This document shows positions 1 to 13,948 of a stretch of DNA of 64,000 nt, piece after piece. The notes under the pieces are model-generated. The model did not search any database and was not told the origin of the DNA. It saw only the letters and a list, made by a program, of their open reading frames with translations. Source of the stretch: Octopus vulgaris (taxonomy: Eukaryota); assembly GCA_951406725.2 (NCBI GenBank), contig OX597817.1, positions 169,756,001-169,820,000 of the forward strand. The letters are read 5' to 3'. Every line of letters begins with the position of its first letter. Position 1 is the first letter of the stretch. The position numbers were made by a program, and so were the translations under genes.

Positions 1-165
1 GACTTACAAAGAATAAGTCTTGGGGGCGGTCTGTTTCAGTAAAACCCCTTAAGGTGGTGCTCCAGTATGACAACAGTCAAATGACTGAAACAAGTAAAAG
101 AATAAAATTATATATATATATATATATATTGCGCCTCCACACACACACACACACACACACACATT

Positions 166-212
<47 letters not shown>

Positions 213-214
<2 letters not shown>

Positions 215-519
215 AGGCGCAATTGCCTAGTGGTTAGGGCAGCGGACTCACGGTCGTAGGATCGCGGTTTCGATTCCCGGACCGGGTGTTGTGAGTGTTT
301 ATTGAGCGAAAACACCTAAAAGCTCCACGAGGCTCCGGCAGGGGGTGGTGATCCCTGCTGTACTCTTTCACCACTCTTTCTCTCACTCTTTCTTCTGTTG
401 GCCTGCTCGCTTAGCCAGCGGGGTGGCGTTATTTGAAGGCTAAAACAATGCGAAGCGCATTGTGACCAGCGATGTGTAACTACATCTGATGGACTGGTCG
501 GTCACGTAATCACGTGATA
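213..519 (+). mobile_element. tRNA-derived SINE (head type ggaggcgcaa)
   Basis: Pol III box A (tgcctagtgg) and box B (gtttcgattcc), short tandem tail (tcacgt(g/a)a). Confidence 0.85.
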
Positions 520-874
520 TATATATATATATACACACACACACATATACACAAGGGGTTAGTGAAAAGTTCCTGGTTTTAAAGGTATTGCAAAATTCTT
601 TGTTGGAAGCCCAGCCTTCCAAGTTCTTTTACAGGGTTTAGAAAAACTGAAGGACCACTGCAATAAGTGTGTGAATCTGAGAGGGGAATATGTTAAATAA
701 AATCATAATTGACTGATCCTCCTATATTTTCTTTTACCCAAAACCAGAAACTTTTCAGCATCCCCGAAGTTGCGAGGATGATCCGGTTCTTGACTTAAGA
801 TTAAATGCTTCAAATGACCCGTCCATGTTTTTTGTATTGTCTACCTGGATATTTTGCATTCTTGTCCCATTTTG

Positions 875-932
<58 letters not shown>

Positions 933-1167
933 AAACTATGTGTGTGTCTTTGTGTTGGTGTGTTTACATCCCTGTTAATTAGCAGTTCAGCAAAAGAAAC
1001 TAATAGATTAAGTACTAAAAAAATATGTATTGAAGTTGATATTTGTCTGACAAAACCCTTCAAGGCAGTGCCTCACCATAGCTGCACTCCAATGACTGAA
1101 ACAAGAAAAAGATTACAAAATAAGAAGAGATGTGTGTTACTCATCTATATTCCTAATTATATATTTT

Positions 1168-1565
1168 TACTTACTTACTTATTTCAGTTATTTGACTGCG
1201 GCCTTGCTGGGGCACCGCCTTTAGTCGAACAAATCGACCCCAGGACTTATCCTTTGTAAGCCCAGTACTTATTCTATCGGTCTCTTTTGCCGAACCGCTA
1301 AGTGACGGGGATGTAAGCACACCAGCATCGGTTGTCAAGCAATGCTAGGGGGACAAACACAGACACAAACACACACACACACATATATATATACATATAT
1401 ACAACAGACTTCTTTCAGTTTCCGTCTACCAAATCCACTCACAAGGCATTGGTCGGCCCGGGGCTATAGCAGAAGACACTTGCCCAAGATGCCACGCAGT
1501 GGGACTGAACCCGCAACCATGTGGTTGGTTAGCAAGCTACTTACCACAGAGCCACTCCTGCGCCT
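1168..1565 (-). mobile_element. tRNA-derived CORE-like SINE (head gcaggagtggctgtgtgg), full length
   Basis: A and B boxes, CORE-like cttgggcaagt, internal (TA)/(TG) tract, tail gactgaaa(c/t)aagtaa. Confidence 0.85.
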
Positions 1566-2584
1566 ATAATGACATTATTTATCAGTCATTAAAGCTTTAC
1601 AAGTTGAATCTACAGAGTCAAAGCTCACTGATAGTACAATTTCTATAGCAGTTGTCCTCATTTCTGTTTGAGTAACAGCTTGTCCATGTTACAAGTTAGG
1701 GTAATATACCCATTTTACAATTAATAGAACAAGGTGACCCTATTACAGGTTGACAAAGTGTATCTCTACATTAAAAGCTGGCACAATTTATACAAAACTA
1801 AACTTAATCATAACCTTTTATTCTTTATGAATGTTACTTAGAAGATAAGATATAAAGGCATTAGATAATTAAAAAATGCATGATTTCTTACACTCCAATA
1901 TATTAGGAATATATTGCTCCCGACAAGCTGGCATTGCAGCAGAAATGTGATTAGTACTGTTATTATTGGTCTACTAATTATTGTAGCCCATTATCTGTTT
2001 ATTGAGTCAATATAGACAATATGACATTAAATATTAAATAAACAGCTTATTAACTTCCTTCATCTAGATGTAGACACTGTTTATATTCGGCTGGAGCCAG
2101 AGAGTAGCAGTGAATTCTTCACAAACAACGTAATATCATTTCCAGGTTGCTTTAAACTGAATAATGCCATAAATCTTCCTCTCTTTCCTTTTCTCTCTAT
2201 CACAGATTTTGGGTCACCAATTCACAGGATGTACATATGTGATTACAATAGTTGATGGAGTTCATTATGAGTTATGAGACTGCACAGCAGGTGAGAAACG
2301 TTTAACATATGTTAATATGTATAGAGGTAGTGTAGTTACTACAACAAACATATTAGTGGAACTGCTGCTTACCTCAGTTATTATATGGTAACATGTGTAA
2401 TGTCAACTCAGTCAATTATCAATTATTTACACATTTTCCTTTGGTTTTTCATTTTTTTTTACCTGATTAAGTCTTGAGGAACAAACAATGTCCATGGACT
2501 TCACATATCCTCTAAGAGTGGTAAGCCATTAACATTCATTTAAGCTGTTGTAAGTTGACAGTTGTATTCTGAAGAGGAAAGTGT

Positions 2585-3165
2585 TGGTATGGCTGTGTGG
2601 TTAAAAGGCTGTTATGCAATCACGTGGCTTCAGGTTCAGTCCCATTACACAGTACTTTGGACAAGTGTCTTCTACTATAGCCCCAAGCCAACCAATGTCT
2701 TGTGATTGAATTTGGTAGACAGAAACTGGAGAAGCCTAAGAGCGATGAGCTGGCAGAAACGTTAGCACACCGGGCGAAATGCTTAGCGGTATTTCGTCTG
2801 CCACTACGTTCTGAGTTCAAATTCCGCCGAGGTCGACTTTGCCTTTCATCCTTTCGGGGTCGATTAAATAAGTACCAGTTATGCACTGGGGTCGATGTAA
2901 TTGTCTGTCCTTGTTTGTCCCCTCTGTGTGTGTGTGTGTGTGGTGGTGGGGAGTGTCTTTGTTTGTCCCACAGCCCCTGCTTGGCAACTAGTATCGATTT
3001 GTTTATGCTCCCATAATTTAGTGGTTTGGTAAAAGAGACCACTAGAATAATCACCAAACTTAAAAATAAGTATTGGAGTTAATGTGTTCAACTAAAACCT
3101 TTAAAGGTGGTGCTTCAGCTAAACCACAGTCTAGATGCTAAAATAAGTAAAACAAAAGGTTAAAA
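2585..3165 (+). mobile_element. Old CORE-like SINE with a nested second SINE family (2740-2930)
   Basis: The two halves of the CORE-like SINE flank gagctggcagaaacgttagc...gcctttcatcctttcggggtcga. Confidence 0.75.
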
Positions 3166-5070
3166 GACCAAGCTAACTATTAGCAAGGAGCCTGGTGGGG
3201 TTGACAAAACAAGCTTGGGACTAGCCAGCTCTGAGGAGCAGAAGCCTTTGTAGTGACAATAGAAACAGCAGACAGAGAAGACATCTGTGGGTCAGAGGTC
3301 AATCAGTCAAATGGCCTTTCTTGGAATATAGTCTGTGATGTCTGTGTGTGTAGCAGCAACACCACCCTATAAAATGAGAGCATTAATTCATTGTGAGCAT
3401 TACTTGAGCTTAGCTGAGGATCAGTAAGTGTTGCAGGGCTGAAGTATAATTAAACTCTAAAGAGGAAGGCCAGTCTCTGAAAAATTGTTCAAGATATGTT
3501 AAAGATGTGCAATCACTATGAGAGATTTTCAGTGGTTGTGAAATCTAGCACTTTGAGCTTCTCATGTTTAAGATGCCATAAAGTGCAATGATGCTCTCTT
3601 GATATGAGAAATGCTTGTACCTTTTAGCTGTTGAAAGAGATATTTAGGAATGGAAGGCAAGGTTTATGATATCGGAGGAACATCATCTTCTTCCACCACT
3701 TTTTCTTGTTCTTTATGTAGTTCAGGCTTTCAGCAGGTGAAGAGAAAAGACTTCAAGCATAAATGCTATTTACAACTGGTTTATTTACAGGAAAGGTGAA
3801 GCATGTTGCTTTCAGCTACCATCTTAAGCTCTGACAGAGTGGGCGCAAGGCCACTGGAGATAGACAGGCAGAAAAATCTGCCAGCGTTCGTGTTCAGCCA
3901 AATGCTGCTGTGCAAAAAGGTGCCAAAGAGAAGAGACAGGATGCAATCGGTTTTCCATCTACATCGTTCCGTCGCAAGCCTCATTGTGTTCTCGCACGTG
4001 ACAAATGGACGCAGGTGAGGTCTCGCTCCAGTTTCAGAGATGGCAATGGTTGTCACGAGATCTCATCAAACATGGTGCTGGCTATTTGTGCTGCTACAGA
4101 TACAATTGGCATGACTACACTGAAAGATACTTCTGAGGTCTTTTTCTCCTAGAGTTACTGGGAGTTTGATATGTGGTATCTAAGCTGCATGTGTATGATA
4201 CTCAGGTATAGAAGGTCATGGGAGACTGAATAGTGCTATTATCTGTGTGAGAGTTGGAGGTTCTCTACATCAGTGATCTGATGTAGAAAAGGAGAAGAGG
4301 GGTAAACAGGATTGAACCCTAGGGTACACCAGAGTTGATAAAGTGTATGATGTTCTGCAGATACATTTTTACAGCCATCATGTATGTACATGTATTTAAC
4401 GGCTGAAATATAGTATACACATGTGTGTACTGAAATTACAAAATTATACACTACTGATTGGTTGATTGATTGATTGATGTATGTATGTATGTACATGCAC
4501 ACACACACACACAAAGATGGGCTTTCAATTTCTATCTGTTAAATCCACTCACAAGGCCTTGGTTGTCCCAGATCTATAGCAGAAGACACTTGCTCAAATT
4601 GCCACACAACAGGACTGAACTTGAAACATGTGGTAGAGAAACAAACTTATTACCACATGGCCACACCTTGTTCGCAATATTGATACACAGGATCAAAACA
4701 TAACTAGACATACTTTAGTTGTACAATGTAAAACAGTGATTCTAGAATCAGTTTTCTAATAATGGTACGTAACCTTTTATGGTTCCTTTGATTGGATTCT
4801 TTGAGGTTTCTACCTTGACTGTTTCTAGAACAAAGCTAAAAAAAAAAAAAAAATAAGCATTGCTAAATGTTACAACCTCTGACTAGAATTCTGTAATAGA
4901 AATTTTGTTTCATTATCACCGGTAGCAACAGCGGCATCATCACCACCACCATCATCATCATCATCACCACCATCACCATCACCATCATCATTAACACCAT
5001 GATAACAAACATCGTCATCATCACCAACACCACCTTCATCATTGTCATCACTGTCATCACCATCACTGAC

Positions 5071-5170
5071 AATGTTGTAGCAAGTTGCCTGGCTACATTT
5101 AGCATTCATTGCAAAATCAAATAATGCAATTGGCCGGTTACAATCAAATTTTGTATCCAAGACGTGTGAT
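5071..5170 (-). CDS. Candidate downstream exon of the same gene ([33 protein letters not shown])
   Basis: Acceptor cctctcttcag|A and donor ATT|gtcagt. Open, non-repetitive island between microsatellites. No homology support. Confidence 0.4.
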
Positions 5171-5191
5171 CTGAAGAGAGGTTTTTAGGAC

Positions 5192-5247
5192 TATATACAT
5201 ACATACATACATATGTATATACACGTATATACATGTATATATGAGTG

Positions 5248-5316
<69 letters not shown>

Positions 5317-5355
5317 ATATATATATATGTGTGCATGTATATATATATATGTATG

Positions 5356-5386
<31 letters not shown>

Positions 5387-5452
5387 GTATATGCATGTAT
5401 GTATGTTGTATGTATACATATATTTATATAACACATACAAACACACATATAT
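5192..5452. repeat. (TA)n/(TATG)n tract
   Basis: Seen directly. Confidence 0.95.
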
Positions 5453-5691
5453 CTTCTAATTATATATCACTGTTCATCCACTTGATGAGGGGGTGAACAA
5501 AAGAAATCAATGATGAATATATAATTGCTTTCGGTGTACAATCATTTTAGCTTACACCTTCACAAATTCCAGCTATTTTCATTAACAACAACTATTACTA
5601 CTACTATTACTACTACTACTACTACAACAAAACTAGATTAGAAATTATTGGAAACAAAGGTGAAAAAAACTGATATTTATACAACATAAAC

Positions 5692-5779
5692 TGATCGGTT
5701 GATGAAATCTCTTTACAAACTCTAAACTCTGCATGTATTGTGATGTGTGAACATTTAATGGACAAATGTTGAGTAGCAA
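5692..5779 (-). CDS. Candidate downstream exon (ATQHLSIKCSHITIHAEFRVCKEISSTDQ)
   Basis: Acceptor tgttcctttttag and weak donor CA|gtttat. Its phase-2 end is compatible with the 5071-5170 candidate. Confidence 0.3.
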
Positions 5780-5874
5780 CTAAAAAGGAACAGCAATTGA
5801 TCAATTATATATTACAAGCTTCTATTTGATGTAGAAATAATTTCTGTAAACATATGGTTGTTGTTATTATTATA

Positions 5875-5916
<42 letters not shown>

Positions 5917-6254
5917 ATTATTCTTGACTGGTACTAGGTGGCTGTCATCCTCTTGGGACATCTATCGCATTTCATGCCTTTTTGTATGCTTTCGTTTACC
6001 ATGGCCGTTTTTCTTTCATCATAATCAATTCTGTATAACCCTAGCCACCTCCTTTATCCACACCATTTGTAATATTCTTTCATGTGTTGTCCTTGAGACA
6101 AATAAAAGAAAGCATCACCACCACCACCACCACTGCCACCACCACCACCATGACCACATTCCCACTACCACCACTGCCACCACCACAATGACCACATTCC
6201 CACTACCACCACCACCATGACCACATTCCCACTTCACCCATAATTAGAAAGAAT

Positions 6255-6277
6255 TCTAGAATTATTATTACTATTAC

Positions 6278-6316
<39 letters not shown>

Positions 6317-6334
6317 CATTATTATTATTACAAC

Positions 6335-6369
<35 letters not shown>

Positions 6370-6370
6370 C

Positions 6371-6409
<39 letters not shown>

Positions 6410-6696
6410 CATTATTATTATTACAACTATTATTATTATTATTATTATCATTATTATTATTACAACTATTATTATTATTATTATTACCACTATTATCATT
6501 ATTATTATTACCATTATTATTATTATTATTACTATTATTATTATTATTATTACCATTATTATTATTATTATTATTATTACCACTATTATTATTATTATTA
6601 TTACCATTATTATTATTATTACTATTATTATTATTATTATTATTATTACCATTATTATTATTATTATTACTATTATTATTATTATTGTTATTATTA

Positions 6697-6749
<53 letters not shown>

Positions 6750-6758
6750 TATTATTAC

Positions 6759-6791
<33 letters not shown>

Positions 6792-6814
6792 CATTATTAT
6801 TATTATCATTATTA

Positions 6815-6848
<34 letters not shown>

Positions 6849-6898
6849 CATTATTATTATTATGGTTATATTATTATGGTATTATTATTATTATTATC
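6255..6898. repeat. (ATT)n microsatellite with a higher-order variant pattern
   Basis: Seen directly. Confidence 0.95.
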
Positions 6899-7091
6899 AC
6901 GCTAGATTGAAATGCTTAGTGGTATTTTGCCTGTCGTTATGCTCTGAGTTCAAATTCTGCCGAGGTCGACTTTGCCTTTCATTCTTTTGGAGTCAATAAA
7001 TTAAGTATCAGTGAAACACTGGGGTCAATATAATCGACTTAATCCCCTTCCCCAAGATGCCCTTGTGGCAAAAATTTGAAATCATTTTTAT

Positions 7092-7140
<49 letters not shown>

Positions 7141-7185
7141 GCTGCTACTACTACTACTACTACTATGATTATTATTATTATTATT

Positions 7186-7530
7186 ATTTTTCCTTCTTTC
7201 TTCAAATTTTCTTCCGTTTCTCGCTGAGTGTTTTCCATACACCTAGGGCAGAGAAGCTCATTGCATGCATTCCCAGATTACACAAGCAAATTCACAGGTA
7301 AAATATGTATTTAAAAAATTAATGAATAAATAAATTCATGAATGGATGTTGTTTTCACAGCGATAATGCTCTTCTCAGTACATGAGCCATTCCAGTTAAC
7401 ACGATTCTTTGCATTTCCTGTGGGGATGGTAAGCCTGGTATCATTTTCAAATAGGTTTCAGTACCTTTTTTTATCATTCTTAGAGATCCTACAATCACTG
7501 GTACTGTAGTCGCCTTGAGATGCCACATTT
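7186..7530 (-). mobile_element. Dong/R4-clade (RLE) non-LTR retrotransposon 3' end
   Basis: Translates MWHLKATTVPVIVGSLRMIKKGTETYLKMIPGLPSPQEMQRIVLTGMAHVLRRALSL*; the 3' UTR ends in (TAA)n. Confidence 0.8.
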
Positions 7531-7533
7531 ATT

Positions 7534-7750
7534 CAGAAACGTTAGCACGTCGGGCGAAATGCTTAGCGGTATTTCGTCTGCCGCTACATTGTGAGTTCAA
7601 ATTCCGCCGAGGTCGACTTTGCCTTTCATCCTTTCGGGGTCGATAAATTAAGTACCAGTAACGCACTGGGGTCAATGTAATCGATTTAATCTCTTTGTCT
7701 GTCCTTGTTTGTCCCCTCTATGTTTAGCCCCTTGTGGGTAATAAAGAAAT
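7534..7750 (+). mobile_element. SINE family with gcctttcatcctttcggggtcgataaa core
   Basis: Box-B-like gagttcaaattcc. Other copies lie at 6905-7090, 14306-14540, 32790-32985(-), 54520-54700(-) and 55698-55860. Confidence 0.8.
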
Positions 7751-7817
7751 ATATTATTATTATTATTATTATTATTATTGTTATTATTACTATTATTATT
7801 ACGACTACTACTACTAT

Positions 7818-8408
7818 CATCATCATCATCATTTAGCGTCCGCTTTCCATGCTAGCATGGGTTGGACGGTTCAACTGGGGTCTGTGAAGCCAGAAGGCTG
7901 CATCAGGCCCAGTCTGATCTGGCAGTGTTTCTATGGCTGGATGCCCTTCCTAACGCCAACCACTCTGTGAGTGTAGTGGGTGATTTTTACGTGCCACCCG
8001 CACAGGTGCCAGACGGAGCTGGCAAACGGCCACGGACGGATGGTGCTTTTTACGTGCCACCGGCACGGAGGCCAGGCGAGGGTGGCAACGTCCACGATCG
8101 GATGGTGCTTTTTACATGCTACCGGCACGGGGGCAAGGCGAGGCTGGCAACGGCCACGATCGGATGGTGCTTTTTACGTGCCACCGGCACGGGGGCCAGG
8201 CAAAGCTGGCAATGGCCATGAACAGATGGTGCTTTTTACGTGCCACCGGCACGGAGGCCAGTTGGGGCAGCGCTGGCAACGGCCACGATCAGATGGTTCG
8301 CTTACTTGTCACCGGCACTGGTATCACAGCTGCAATTTCTATTGATGTTGATCGACTTCGATTTTGGTTCTGCTTTCTGATATCTGATTTGATTTGGTTT
8401 GATTTATT
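7818..8408 (-). mobile_element. RTE 3'-UTR copy with ~5 tandem units
   Basis: Same terminus and units. Shares aaatcaaatca.atatcagaaagcag with the region just after the RTE stop codon at 41625-41655. Confidence 0.85.
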
Positions 8409-8409
8409 A

Positions 8410-8467
<58 letters not shown>

Positions 8468-8862
8468 GGTGGCAAGCAGGCAGAATCTTTAGCATGCTAG
8501 GCAAAATGCTTAATGATATTTCATCTTTAAGAGATATATTATCATACAATAATTAGCTGGCACTTCCTTTCCTATTGATTTTTGTCAACAATATACATCC
8601 AATTAGCATTCATTGCCATTTTTGTGCAGATTAGCATATCATAGAGTATGGTGACTTTTTCCACTGAAGCCTTTTCTCAATTATGCTTATGTTACTGCTT
8701 TTCTGATGGTGTTTCATAATGATGTCATAACTTGTGTAGCATGAAAACCTAAACTCTGACATGGCCGTAGATGTAGTCTCCTTTAGCCAAGACCGGGCAA
8801 CCAGAGATAATATGATTAATTATTTCCTTCCAGCATCTACACATGTTGCAGTAACAGTATGT

Positions 8863-9218
8863 ATCATCATCATCATCATCATCGTTTAAAGTCCGTTCTC
8901 CATGCTAGCATGGGTTGGACGGTTCGACCGGGGATCTGGGAAGCCAGAAGGCTGCACCAGGCTCCAGTCTTATCTGGCAATGTTTCTACAGCTGGATGCC
9001 CTTCCTAACGCCAACCACTCCATGAGTGTAGTGGGTGCTTTTTACGTGCCACCTGCACTGGAGCCAGGCGAGGCTGGCATCAGCCACGGTCGGATTGGTG
9101 CATTTTACGTGCCACCTGCACGGAAGCCAGTCGAGGCGGCACTGGCTTCGGCCACGATTCGGATGGTGTTTTTTACGTGCCACCAACACGGAAGCCAGTC
9201 GAGGCGGCGCTGGCATCA
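8863..9218 (-). mobile_element. RTE 3'-UTR copy
   Basis: (CAT)n tail, ccatgctagcatggg terminus, ~3 units. Confidence 0.8.
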
Positions 9219-10274
9219 TATTAATGTATAATATGCTTTTTATGTATATATAGTGTATAATATGATTGTGTACCACTAATCAAGCATACTTTAGTCTCAG
9301 CTTTGAATCCTGAACTTCTCAGCCTCCTTTGCAACACAACATAAACAGGTAATGCATACATACACAAGTGGCGAACAACCACATTTTATCAGGAGAGATG
9401 TATATAAACATCAAGATTTTTATGATCTCAAAACACCACAAATTATACTCTATTGAAATAGCAGAAAGGAGATTAATGAAATGATTGTCGAAGTTACTCC
9501 ATCTGTGGTAGTTAAGGTTTTAATTGTCTTGATACTGAATGCATCTTCATTGACACGACAAACTGTAAGGGATCAGATTTCTGAATTCATTAAGTAAGAA
9601 TTGACAGATGTAGCTATTAAAGAGCAATAGGGAGTATCATTAAAAAGAAAAATTAGAGTTGAATCTATCAGTATTAGCAAAGATTTAGCAACAAAGAGCA
9701 GCAAAATAGAGAAGATAGTAAACTGATTAGAAGAGATAAACAGAAAAGGCATCGCTTACAACACACTTGCAGGAAGAAAGGCCCTTAACCACTTCCTTGA
9801 TGAAGGATATGTTCTTCAGGTTAGGGCACATACTCTGAAACACAAGGGAATGAATAATGTTTGATGAGTGTGGATGATTAAGATAGAATGTAGCAAAAGT
9901 CACACTTTGGTCTTTAGAGGACTGTACTATCCAATTCCAAGCAGATGTGAGCAAATTTTTAGAGACACTGTGTTGAACAGTCTTTAAAGATCAACAGATG
10001 GAGATGGTAGATTTCACTGCCTGCCGAGACAGTGTGCAATGAACTTTGGTTGAAAATGGAGAGTGTTGCAAAAAACTACTTCAGCAGATAAAATAGTAGA
10101 TATGCTAAATGGCTCTGCAATGAGCAAACTGCTTGGACTGAATGGCCTGTCCTACAAACTTTACTGTACATGCCAGACATGTCTGCTAGTGTCTTCACAG
10201 CTGTCTATTGCAAGTGGTTACTCTGCTGAGAAAGGACTAAGAAGTTCAGGAGGAATTGATAGAATTACAAAATG

Positions 10275-10563
10275 ATAATGACGCCACAATGCGATATTGC
10301 CATAATGGCAAAGAAGGTTTGTGGTACCATCAGAGTATATTGAATTCCTACCCCAATCTGTGAAACATGTGAAATTACTTTTGCTTGCCTTCCCTACCTC
10401 ATACCTGGTTGAATCTAGTTTTAGCCATGTTGGAACTTTACTTTCCCAAATAAGAATTGGATTGGATGTGACACAATGAGAAGACTTGCGGCTAAAGTCG
10501 ACAAGTTCAAAACCGAATGTATCTGCACTAGCTGCACTGCACCAGACACATGGTTCTCATTAA
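10275..10563 (+). pseudogene. hAT transposase C-terminal dimerisation segment, inverted relative to the body
   Basis: LLLAFPTSYLVESSFSHV...DLRLK...HQTHGSH*. Confidence 0.78.
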
Positions 10564-10679
10564 AAAGTTTTATTCTTTTCCTTTATAATACAATCCTTAA
10601 TTTTTTTTTGCATCGGTAGTTCTGATCAATGGTTCATTTGGGGAAAATGAAAATCAGTGTAAAAGAAAGCGCAAGTTTC

Positions 10680-11765
10680 CAGAAGTTAATCTGTCTGAAA
10701 AATATAGAGTTAACATTAGAATTTTATTCACACTAATGGCAAAACTAAACCCACAATAAAGCAATATTCAGCGCAATAACATGTTGAAATCACTCCACCA
10801 TGTTATCGTGCAATGATTCTAAATAGTTGTGATATGTAGTTAAATTCTCATCAATCAATTCATCTTTCAAAGAATCAAGTTGTGGAAATTGATGGAATTG
10901 ACATTTTGAAACGTTAGTCTTATACAGCAGCAATTTCGAAATGAAGGTAGTGATAAATGATTTACAATCAACGAGAGTTTTTCTGTTTCTTTGAAATAAC
11001 TTATTCAAATCATTTAATTTTGTGAATATATCACAAAGAAAAGATATTGTAGCTATCAATGAAGTGGACAGTGGAGTATCTTCAGAGAAAGATATGATTA
11101 CATGAAACAGTTCAACAAAGCATAAAACACAGTTTCTCGTTGACAGCCACCACATTTCGGTAGAGTATAAGAGTTTAGTATGGTCCTCATCATTTCTCAG
11201 ACAGAGTTGATGGAAAATTCGATCAGACAAGGGACCGGATTTCAATTTGTTCACAGTCTTGATAACTAACTGAAGCACATCATTCAATCTACCATTCATA
11301 TTTTCCCCACTAAATGCTGCTGGTGTGCCAAGCAATGAACAGTTTGTCTCTGGTGGGAAATGTCACGCTTTAGGAGAGATGAAAAACCTCTGTATCTTCC
11401 TATCACCGAAGAAGCTCCATCAGATGCACAGGCAAGAATATTACTGAGTGGGATATTATGTTCAAAAAGGAAAGACTTGAGAGTGTGAAAAATAGTCGCA
11501 CCTTTTGAATCAAGTGGCAATTTCTCTGTGACTAGCGTTTCCTCACAAGGCTGAAAGGTCTTTGCTGAAATACCGAACATATACCATCATCAAACATTGA
11601 TTGTCCACAACAGTTGACTCATCCAATTGTATAGAAAATTTAGAACACTGGAGAATATTAATGAACTAATGTTTGACATCGTTGGCCATTTCATCGATGC
11701 ATCGAGAAATTGTATTATTACTAAGTGGGATCTTCTTCTTAATGTTATCAAGATGTTGTTGCTCT
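10680..11765 (-). pseudogene. hAT (Buster/Charlie, ZBED8/SCAND3-like) transposase remnant, central part
   Basis: Motifs FSIQLDEST, ACASDGASSVIG, VHCLAHQQHL and TEMWWLS, with frameshifts. Confidence 0.85.
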
Positions 11766-13889
11766 TCCATTACTTTCACAAACAGCAGTAACTTTATTCA
11801 GCTGAATACACATCATTGATTGGTTAAAATTACCCAAATACGACAACTTCAATATGAAATAACTTCTAAAATACAAAATTTTGTCAAAAACGTTAAAAGT
11901 AAACTGTGTTCTACGTGACACATTCAACCAGTATCTGAAGTTTCAAACTGTTTAGTTAAAAAGAATTAATTAAAAAATCTGCGACTCAGATTGAAAAGAT
12001 CTAAGAAACCTGATTTCAAAGCTGTCATTTTGTCCGTGACTGCACAATTTGTCAACATCCTGAAAATAGCACTTGTGTTTTGATATGAACCCACAGAATT
12101 ACACACAACATATAACCCCTCATAACTTTGTTATTTTGGGGATTTTCAGGAAATTTTTGCAAATTTGAATTTGACGCACAGGACTTCATACAATTATGCC
12201 AAAAAAAAAACATTTGTTGTAGAGTGTGATTTAAGGCCTAGGCGTATTTGGCTGCTATTTTTAGCACGTATGACAACCATCTCAATGACTGCGATAAAAT
12301 TATTCGATCGATAAACAAGTCTGCTTTTTTAATACAAAGGGATGTCTCATGTGAGTAGTCAAATTGATAAAAGTGCATCCTTATTCAAGGCATGCATAGA
12401 TATTAGTAAATGCAGACTTCATTTCTGAAAATTCATTGCCATCCATAAAATGTTCATATCACCCACCAAAATCTCAAATCGCCCACCATTTTCAAAAAAT
12501 TCCCCAATCACCCACTTGTATGTCGAAATCGCCCACTTTGGGAAGCTACGATTTAAATCAATCTAGAGATTATGACAGCTATTGCCATTTGATAGCCATG
12601 CTAAGAAGAAATGGTTTCAAAGGCTTGATTACTATAATGTGCAGAAGTATCTGTTTGGTGGGAAAATGCTTGAAACTTCTGTATGCTATAGCACAAAAGC
12701 CTTTGCAATAGAAATTGGAGATATTGAAGAGCACCTCACTTGAACTATGACATGTAAGGGTCATGTCTGTTTATGTAGGAGTCACCATCATGATGTTGGA
12801 CACTAAGATGGCTAGCACTATTCTGAATAAGTACCTAGAGGCAATGAGAGCATGCATTAACCAAGAGAAGTTAGTGGGTTCACAATCCAGCACCTAGAGA
12901 GACAAGTAGGTATGGGAGAGGGATCACTGTAGCTGGTCCAAGAGATCATTTGAGGTTGTCCGATTCAAACTGGACTTTTAGGTAAAGAATAACAAGAAAG
13001 AGGTCAGAGAAGGCTGGCAATCTTACTCAGAAATAGGATGAGAGGAAGTGGTCAAAGAAAGTCAGACAGAAGAAACTTATGGCTATATCAATTCACCTGA
13101 CCGTGATACCTTGTCCCAGGAAACATCTGATCAAAGTCGACCATATATTCTTTCACTTTAGTGGAAGGGATAACTTCAGTAGGGATTCATTTAATGTCTA
13201 TGCATGTTCGACAGGTGTACTCATGTTGAACAGTTGTTATTGCTTGTGGTATGGATCTAGCTGTCAGCTGGGTCTACTGTAAAAGGAATGGTGAGGAGAT
13301 ATCTTCTGTCTGATGGCCATGGTGAAGGAAGTTATTGTGAATGCACTTGAAACACTTGAGTTCAGCTTTTCCACTTAGGTTATACTCTCATCAATTTCTT
13401 TATGTGCTAGATATGTAGAAAGTCAATGGAGAAATAGGAAAAGCTGCCCTGCAGTGAATTTTATGAAAGGTGAGTGAGTGGCAAAACTGGCATGGTTAGA
13501 TGAATCCACATTATGCGGTTGTAGGCAAATGAAAAGAACTGGAAGAAGAAGGTACTGGCTTTTGGTGTTGTAGAGTAAAAATTGAGGTTTTAAGTAGGAT
13601 GACCTGAATCATCCTTTGTAGTTATCCAGGGGTATTCTTTCTTGTTCTTATTTTGGTGTTTTGTACAATGTTAGCATTATTTATTATTAAATATTTATTA
13701 ATTTAATAAGCATTTATCTCAATGTAACTCCCCAACTGATCCCTCTTATTGTTCTTTTTCTTTCGTATTTTGCCTTTATACTGTCCCCAATATCTTGAAT
13801 CTTTATGGACAAAAAAATTATCATTGACAGCAGTGGAGTTATTATTATTATTATCATTATTATTATTATTATTATTATTATGATTATTA

Positions 13890-13945
<56 letters not shown>

Positions 13946-13948
<3 letters not shown>

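Noticed and set aside
213-290. tRNA gene (also 50996-51065 and 36345-36417)
   Set aside because: The tRNA-like head runs into a repeated SINE body with TSD or tail and has no proper acceptor stem or terminator.
766-880. Possible truncated hammerhead or Penelope end (gaag...cttc aaat...gtc) next to (TA)n
   Set aside because: The CUGANGA half is missing and GAAA is not intact, so it cannot be supported.
3300-4370. Coding gene from ORFs 3781-4152 (similar stretches at 9400-10260, 12560-13600 and 20040-20600)
   Set aside because: No recognisable protein or splice chain. Probably very old LINE debris, which I could not classify.
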